From a virus (Duplodnaviria; Caudoviricetes), in the IMG/VR virus record IMGVR_UViG_3300022602_000115, positions 1 to 56,938 of that record: a DNA stretch of 56,938 nt, one strand, 5' to 3'. The notes beneath the pieces were generated by a model. The model was not told the DNA's origin, made no database searches, and worked only from the letters and a program-made list of their open reading frames with translations. Both the position numbers and the translations under genes were made by a program. Shown piece after piece: positions 50,908-56,938 of this stretch (position 1 is the stretch's first letter; the number at the start of each line of letters is the position of its first letter).

Positions 50908-53339
50908 TACTTGCTCCCTTTAATTTTTGGTGCTTCCCAGCCTTCTTCAGTTTCTCTTCCGACTGAACCAGCACTGATTTTAACCAATGATGTTTTGAAT
51001 TTCTTTAAACCTGATTTCTTACCAGTCTTTTCTCCATCCATTTCTCCTGGAGCTGAAGTTTGAGTTGGAATTGAATCATCACCAGATGGTTGCTCAACAG
51101 CTTCTTTAACTGCTTTATGAGAATCTTTTTTATGAATCTCTTTTGGGTCAATAAAATGTTCTTGACCTTTGTAGAATTTAAACTTTTTCTTATTGTTGTT
51201 CGTTTCTTCATTCATTGTATGATGAGGAACTACTGTAGAGTTACCACCATTGGCACCTTGAAAGTGAACATGTTCACCTTTACGACGAGCAGTCCAATGA
51301 CGACCTGTCTCATCTTTAAAATGATGCTCTTGTTCATCTTTTAATTTTGCGATTGCTTGATGATGTTCAGGATGTAATGGAATAGAGAAATGAGATCCAT
51401 GGTGAACAGTCTTCATAGTTCCCCATGAATACTTTTTAGTGTCAACAGTTGGTTTAACATGTTGACTGCCTTCATGAATGTGCTCACCATTTACCCAGTG
51501 GTCTGGACGAACACCATACATATTCATATGAGCTTTTGCAGCTTTAGCGTGTTCGGCACTTGGAAATTTAAAGTATGTAGCTTTATCGCTATGGCCATTA
51601 TGTTTTCCACCATGCGTTTCAATTGCCTTTTTAATGTGTTCATGGCGAGAGATTGGTTCATCATGATGAACACCAAGTTCATGAGTCTCAGTTTCTTCCT
51701 TAATACCTTTTGCTTTGGCAGCCATATAAGCACCAATAGCCATACGTCTACGTTCTTCTTTAGATTTATTTACAAAACGTGGATTAGTAGATTTAATGAA
51801 ATCATTGATGTAAGCACCCGCACCCATTGCTGGGTTTAAATGCTCATCTAACGATTCGCTAACAATGTTTAAATGTTTAGCGTCATGAACTTTGAAACCC
51901 ATCTTTTTAAAGTAACGCTTTGCATTCAAAACAGCAGTTGCTTTGCTTGGTGCAGATGTTTTAATAAAACGCTCTGTTGGTTCACGCTTGCTTTCATGCT
52001 TATGATCTGGTTCAGAACAAGTTACACAAACACGATGAACAGGATCTGGTTTTTCTTCTTTCTGTTCAGTCTCTTCATCCATCTTAGATTTGAATGCTCG
52101 ATTCAAAATGTTAGTGCTTTTTTTAATCACTTTTTTAGGGGTAGTTGATTTAGCAGTTAAATCAGGTCCTGCAATATTATGTCCGTCTCTTGAACCATAT
52201 GTACTGTGGCTTCTTGTGCCATCGGGTTTGATGCGACCTTGTGGTTGTTGACTGTCCATTTCCGCCACAACTTCAACTTCTTCTGGTAGATTTGGTTTAG
52301 TGTGTTTGCCTAATGATGCTTTAATATCATTCTTCAAACGACTTGGTTGTGAATCTCTTTCACCTTGAGAGAACTTATTTTTACTATCTGGTCTATTTCC
52401 AGATGGAATATTTCTCAAATCAGTTTGACCTTCTCTTGGTTTCTTGTTAACAATATTTGTACCAATACGACCACGCAATTCGTCTTTCTCATCTAATTCA
52501 ACTTTTTCAGACTTATCTAGAGAACCTTCAGTATCTTTAGCTGGACCATTGCGTTTGGTCATGCTCTTAACCAACTCTTTGTATGTTTTCTTCTCAACTT
52601 TCTTTGAAGGAATTTGAGTAGTTGGTTCATTTGTAGAAACAGACTCATGAATACCTAAACCATGACGAACATCTTTGTACATTGCGTCTTTATCTTTTGG
52701 CGACATTTTAGATGGAGCACCAGCATGGAATTCTTTCTTGTTACCAGCTGCAGCATGTTCGCGCATTTTTGTTGCTGACATACCACTAGTTCCTTCTGAA
52801 TCTGGATCACGCTCGCCAGAAGAATGAACAGTAATTTTCTTAAAGTTATAATGACCATGACCAGCATGCTCACCATTGTACTTGTGTAATAACTCATGCA
52901 AGTCATGATGGCGATCAGAACCAGCGATTACGTGTAGGTGAGTAACACCTTGTTTATGTAATTCTGCAGCATGGTGTAAAATAGTAGGTGCTTCTTTACT
53001 TGAAGATTTTACATTAGTTCCAGGAAATGCTTTCTTAGCATGTCCAACTTTCTGCTCAGCAGTAAGTGGATTCTTAGCAAGATCTTTCTTTGTTTTACCT
53101 TGGCTATGAGAAACAACTAATGTATGACCAGCGTTATGTTCTTTAGCAACTTCATGCATCTTATTTACTACTGCTTCGTGACCAGTAGTAATTGGATTCA
53201 TACGACCAAATACCATCGCATGATGTTTTTCTGTTTCTTCTTTCACACAGCTTCCTTTATCGTAGGCTTTGGTACCTTTCTTGCGCTTATATCCTGGCCA
53301 GCAGATACCTTTTTCTTGTAGTTCTTTGTAAGTAATCAT
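50907..53339 (-). CDS. Cytidylyltransferase-like (HIGH nucleotidyltransferase) multidomain protein
   Basis: FGRMNPITTGH, KNPL, AGSDR, SGERDPD, MSATKMR, followed by many small modules. Confidence 0.8.
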   Translation of the reverse strand: MITYKELQEKGICWPGYKRKKGTKAYDKGSCVKEETEKHHAMVFGRMNPITTGHEAVVNKMHEVAKEHNAGHTLVVSHSQGKTKKDLAKNPLTAEQKVGHAKKAFPGTNVKSSSKEAPTILHHAAELHKQGVTHLHVIAGSDRHHDLHELLHKYNGEHAGHGHYNFKKITVHSSGERDPDSEGTSGMSATKMREHAAAGNKKEFHAGAPSKMSPKDKDAMYKDVRHGLGIHESVSTNEPTTQIPSKKVEKKTYKELVKSMTKRNGPAKDTEGSLDKSEKVELDEKDELRGRIGTNIVNKKPREGQTDLRNIPSGNRPDSKNKFSQGERDSQPSRLKNDIKASLGKHTKPNLPEEVEVVAEMDSQQPQGRIKPDGTRSHSTYGSRDGHNIAGPDLTAKSTTPKKVIKKSTNILNRAFKSKMDEETEQKEEKPDPVHRVCVTCSEPDHKHESKREPTERFIKTSAPSKATAVLNAKRYFKKMGFKVHDAKHLNIVSESLDEHLNPAMGAGAYINDFIKSTNPRFVNKSKEERRRMAIGAYMAAKAKGIKEETETHELGVHHDEPISRHEHIKKAIETHGGKHNGHSDKATYFKFPSAEHAKAAKAHMNMYGVRPDHWVNGEHIHEGSQHVKPTVDTKKYSWGTMKTVHHGSHFSIPLHPEHHQAIAKLKDEQEHHFKDETGRHWTARRKGEHVHFQGANGGNSTVVPHHTMNEETNNNKKKFKFYKGQEHFIDPKEIHKKDSHKAVKEAVEQPSGDDSIPTQTSAPGEMDGEKTGKKSGLKKFKTSLVKISAGSVGRETEEGWEAPKIKGSK

Positions 53340-53340
53340 T

Positions 53341-53862
53341 TTAGCAGTTCCATTTTCTTAATGCTAATGCTTTACGAGTTGGTTCACCATTAGGTTTCTT
53401 CATTGGACCTTCAACACCACTCATGCGAGCACAGAAAGATTTTCTACGATTCGCAGCTTTACTTCCTGCTTTCAATTTAGAAGGAGGAGTTGTCACTGGT
53501 GCTTTTAAGTGTCCACCTGTTTCTCTATTATAATGGTCGCGACCTTTTTGAGTCAGACCACCAGTTGGGTTTTTATAACCCTTTGCGTCTTCCATAATCC
53601 AAGTATCTGGGATTTCTTTATACTTATCAACCCACATATCGTGCATTTCTTGCCCAGAGATATTATGAGACTTGGCAATTGATGTCATTAAACGATTAAT
53701 AATCGCATATACTTTATCTGGATTATCTTTAACTGCATTGATTTCTTTTTTATGATCAAGCAAAGCATACTTTAATTCTTCAACTGCTTTACCATCTTCT
53801 TTGTGATCCATGCATGCTGCACAACCGCAGTTCTCAGCAAAGTATTTTTTAAATGAAATCAT
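53341..53862 (-). CDS. Basic putative internal protein (DUF6321-like)
   Basis: KNPTGGLTQKGR, RRKSFCARM, LRKWNC; N-terminal MISFKKYFAE. Confidence 0.7.
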   Translation of the reverse strand: MISFKKYFAENCGCAACMDHKEDGKAVEELKYALLDHKKEINAVKDNPDKVYAIINRLMTSIAKSHNISGQEMHDMWVDKYKEIPDTWIMEDAKGYKNPTGGLTQKGRDHYNRETGGHLKAPVTTPPSKLKAGSKAANRRKSFCARMSGVEGPMKKPNGEPTRKALALRKWNC

Positions 53863-55088
53863 TTTGGTTGATTCCATTTTTTAACTTTTAATAGATTTGC
53901 CTTTGCAAACTCTCCACGATTAACCAGTTTAGTTGGTTGTTCTTTACCATTATGTTCATGGTTAACAACGAAACCTTCTGGATCAGTTTTCTTGTCATCG
54001 ATATGATGTTCAAGACCATTGGTATTCTTGTTAAGATTTTTAACCAATGTATTCTTAGCCTGAGCCAAGTGATGATGCATTGTTAATAGATTACTGTAGT
54101 GACCCTTGTTTGCTTCAACATGGGCAACTTGAGAAGCACCTTCGCCAGTATGCGCAGCCTTTGCTTTCTCTGTCTTAACCTTTGCAGCTTTCTTTTCATA
54201 TGCTGCAGTAACATGTTTCTTGAAACCTTCTACATTTGGTACTTCGTCATTACGAACAGTGCTGTTAATGTAAGTTCCTAGATGACCACCTTCGCCTTTG
54301 TGCTCTGGATGAATAGCATCATACATTTTATGGCCATGAGTGTCATGAATTTCTTTGGCAGCATTCATATGCTTATGAAATTCTTTCTGATCTTTCTCAG
54401 GGTAATCAATCTTACTTGTGTCGTGATTAGCTGTCTTTAAATGAACATCTTTATGTTCTTTAAAGTTATGAGTATCTGGATGTGGAGTAACATGCATTGA
54501 CTCAAGAGATTTCTTATCAGCACCTTCACCATGTTCATATTTCTGATGAACAACAACACCTACCTTAGATTCTGCAGCTTTCTTGGCTTCATCACCATGA
54601 GCAGTGTAAGAGATTGTATTTGGTGTAAACTTAGCAGTACCCTTTTTCTTATCATGCTGAACATCGCCTTCTGAGTGCATCAAGTCGCCCTGATAAACAC
54701 CTTTCTTCGGTGTAACTTTTGGTAGATGTTCAAGAGCATGGTGAAGTTTCTGAGCAAGACCAGGAGCATGCCCATGGTTCTTTTCAATATCTTCGTGAGT
54801 ATGATTAATCTTTGGCTCTTTGTTAAATGCACCTTTAGTTGCAACAAAGAATTTATTATTTTTAGGATGATGTCCAAACACTACAGAAGGAGAACCATCA
54901 TATTTCATAGTCAGGTTACTATTGTGTCCACCTGCCTTCATATGTTCATGAGCCTGAGTCAATGCACCATGAGCATGCTCAAAACCTTCGTGACCATGAA
55001 ATAATGGACGATCTTCAGCATGAGTAATATGTGTCAACTTTTCGTTGTTCTCAGCTTCTTCTTTTAAATATGTTTGAAAACTTTTCAT
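53859..55088 (-). CDS. DUF6267-like protein with ligase-type nucleotidyltransferase motifs
   Basis: KYDG, YQGDL, EGFVV, KLV; N-terminal MKSFQTYLKEE. Confidence 0.7.
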   Translation of the reverse strand: MKSFQTYLKEEAENNEKLTHITHAEDRPLFHGHEGFEHAHGALTQAHEHMKAGGHNSNLTMKYDGSPSVVFGHHPKNNKFFVATKGAFNKEPKINHTHEDIEKNHGHAPGLAQKLHHALEHLPKVTPKKGVYQGDLMHSEGDVQHDKKKGTAKFTPNTISYTAHGDEAKKAAESKVGVVVHQKYEHGEGADKKSLESMHVTPHPDTHNFKEHKDVHLKTANHDTSKIDYPEKDQKEFHKHMNAAKEIHDTHGHKMYDAIHPEHKGEGGHLGTYINSTVRNDEVPNVEGFKKHVTAAYEKKAAKVKTEKAKAAHTGEGASQVAHVEANKGHYSNLLTMHHHLAQAKNTLVKNLNKNTNGLEHHIDDKKTDPEGFVVNHEHNGKEQPTKLVNRGEFAKANLLKVKKWNQPK

Positions 55089-55091
55089 TTA

Positions 55092-55538
55092 TTATCCTAT
55101 TTTCTTACGAGAAGATTTTAACCACCAGCCATGCTTTTGGTGATGATCAATTCTATCTGCCACAAAGTTACAAATGCCTTGCTCTTTGTTCTTCATAGCA
55201 ATGTCGAACACTTTATTTAGGCTGTTAATGACTTCGTCGTTTGCAATAACTAACTTATCAAGTATATCCACAAGAAGAACAACTCTTTCTGTTTCTTCTT
55301 CTAGAGTTTTATATTTGTAAAGTTCATCAATACTGACTGGAGCATATACATCAAACTTTCTTAACCACTCTGCAGTTGGATCAATCGCATCATAAACATC
55401 AGTATAAATTTCTTCGAAGAATGCATGGTACTGAGTAAATTCTATACCTTCTACATTCCAATGAAATTGATGTGTCTTATAATACATTACTGTTGTATTT
55501 GCCAACAGTACTTTAATTGCTGTTGTTAATTCATTCAT
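55092..55538 (-). CDS. dps: Dps family DNA-binding ferritin-like protein
   Basis: HQFHWNVEG..F...H..FEE.Y, D..AE..R, H.K..W.L. Confidence 0.92.
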   Translation of the reverse strand: MNELTTAIKVLLANTTVMYYKTHQFHWNVEGIEFTQYHAFFEEIYTDVYDAIDPTAEWLRKFDVYAPVSIDELYKYKTLEEETERVVLLVDILDKLVIANDEVINSLNKVFDIAMKNKEQGICNFVADRIDHHQKHGWWLKSSRKKIG

Positions 55539-56938
55539 GGTAAATTACCCACACTTGAGAATACATCATATGGCTGGTGACCATCAGCTGGTGGTGCATC
55601 AGAAGGAGCCTGTCCTTGACCGCTTTGTTGATCGCCTTTGAACTCGTCTTGGTGTACGTGAAAAGACATGTTAGATAATGTCATTGTATCAACACTGTGC
55701 GGAGCAAAGTGAATACGCTCACCTTTCTTAACAGCATGCCAATGATTACCGTCTTGATCTTTAAAAGTATGACGACCACCATGCTCTAAATTGTTAATAT
55801 CGTTATGGTGTTCTTTACCAATTTTAATTTGAACTGCATGTCCATGATGAACAATCTTGTGATCTTTATGATGTTCAACACCAGACTTACCATTCATTTC
55901 AATTTCTTCAGCAATATAAGGATGCTTTAAAAATTCTTCATGATGTTTTTCAGCTTTATCGTATTCTTTATCGGCAATCGCATGGCGACCTTTAGATGTA
56001 TGCCATTTACCCAATTCATCATGATGATTGACCATGTGCGAGTGGAAAGAACCCATATTATTCTTTGCTTTAGCTTTTTCAGCATTGTCTCTATGCATTT
56101 GAGCGTTGTTATAATGATCATCATGCTCTTCATTAACTGGTTTGCTATTCATACTGTGCATAATTGCACGAAGTCTGCGTTGATGTTCATCATAATCTAA
56201 ACCAGAAAGACCAGTCTTTCCTCTGTTATTCTTTTCACGTTCACGCTCAAGTGCTCTTTGCAATTTCTGAGCAGCACTCATTGCTCTTGATTTTCTTGCT
56301 TCAGTAACTGGCTTTACATTGTGAATCCACTTTGTTACAAGAGCACCTGTATCTTCTTTAAGAAGTAGGTGGTTTGATCCACGCTTAACAATCTCCATTT
56401 GTTTGCCATCAGATTCAACGATCTCACCAACACTGAAGATTTCTCCACGGAAATATTTTTCTCTCATTTCGTCTTTTACCAATTTAAGTTCTTCTTTAAT
56501 TGGTTCTAATCCAGAACCAACCCTAATATCATTCATCAATCTACGAGAATCTAAATCGCGAATTGATGAAGGTAAATTCTTTTTAAAATCTTCATACAAT
56601 CCTTTAACTGCTTGACTACGTATTGTGTCATCAGAATCTGGATCTGTGTCGCCTGCAGATATAATTTTAGCTTCTCTAATTTTCTTAAAGGAAGATACTT
56701 TATCTGAGCTGGTAACAATAATAATGTTTCTGTAAGTTTCTTTTAGTTTCTTAACTTCTTCAGCTAAGTCAGAATACCCAACGAAATTTGTGTTCGGAAA
56801 CAACAGATTTAAGTACTGAAGTTTCTTTTCTACTACTAGAGGATTCTTTTTGGCGTCGCTTGTATCGGACGCATAGATTACGTGGCTAGCATTATTTTGC
56901 TCAGCCAGTTTTTTGACAGCTTTAACGAGAAGCTCATG
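55535..56938 (-). CDS. Second cytidylyltransferase-like multidomain protein (5' end outside window)
   Basis: Frame stays open to the window end (HELLVKAVKK...KKNPL); SAGDTDPD; REKYFRGEIF.VG SH3-like module; His-rich tail. Confidence 0.75.
   Translation of the reverse strand, partial: HELLVKAVKKLAEQNNASHVIYASDTSDAKKNPLVVEKKLQYLNLLFPNTNFVGYSDLAEEVKKLKETYRNIIIVTSSDKVSSFKKIREAKIISAGDTDPDSDDTIRSQAVKGLYEDFKKNLPSSIRDLDSRRLMNDIRVGSGLEPIKEELKLVKDEMREKYFRGEIFSVGEIVESDGKQMEIVKRGSNHLLLKEDTGALVTKWIHNVKPVTEARKSRAMSAAQKLQRALEREREKNNRGKTGLSGLDYDEHQRRLRAIMHSMNSKPVNEEHDDHYNNAQMHRDNAEKAKAKNNMGSFHSHMVNHHDELGKWHTSKGRHAIADKEYDKAEKHHEEFLKHPYIAEEIEMNGKSGVEHHKDHKIVHHGHAVQIKIGKEHHNDINNLEHGGRHTFKDQDGNHWHAVKKGERIHFAPHSVDTMTLSNMSFHVHQDEFKGDQQSGQGQAPSDAPPADGHQPYDVFSSVGNLP

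Overview
This is a 57-kb segment of a large, AT-rich T4-like myovirus genome. The markers are a gp61 primase, T4-type RNase H, NrdA/NrdB, ThyX, dCMP deaminase, TATAAATA late promoters and proteins with capsid-targeting-like N-termini. A spanin pair and sigma70 promoters suggest a Gram-negative host. Essentially all genes are on the minus strand. From left to right: (1) early small genes, including an Acb1/gp57B-like 2H phosphoesterase; (2) a ~10-kb tailoring-enzyme island with many 2OG-Fe(II) oxygenases, a PP-loop amide ligase, an alpha/beta hydrolase, a fold-IV transaminase and a CmoA/CmoB-like pair; (3) a 30-tRNA array covering all 20 amino acids plus an amber (CUA) suppressor, interleaved with stem-closed putative ncRNAs and minigenes; (4) a flavin halogenase plus nucleotide-metabolism and replication genes; (5) lysis genes; (6) His-rich putative internal head proteins and Dps. 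The best candidate for an undescribed system is a translation-surveillance circuit at the tRNA array. A leaderless 40-codon peptide containing all 20 amino acids sits on a terminator/antiterminator switch at the head of the array. The array also carries the suppressor tRNA, two parallel MKxxxL-UAG minigenes and a 140-nt tRNA/tmRNA-like RNA, and an ArfA-like peptide lies elsewhere in the window. All calls come from manual reading and remembered motifs; no searches or folding programs were run.
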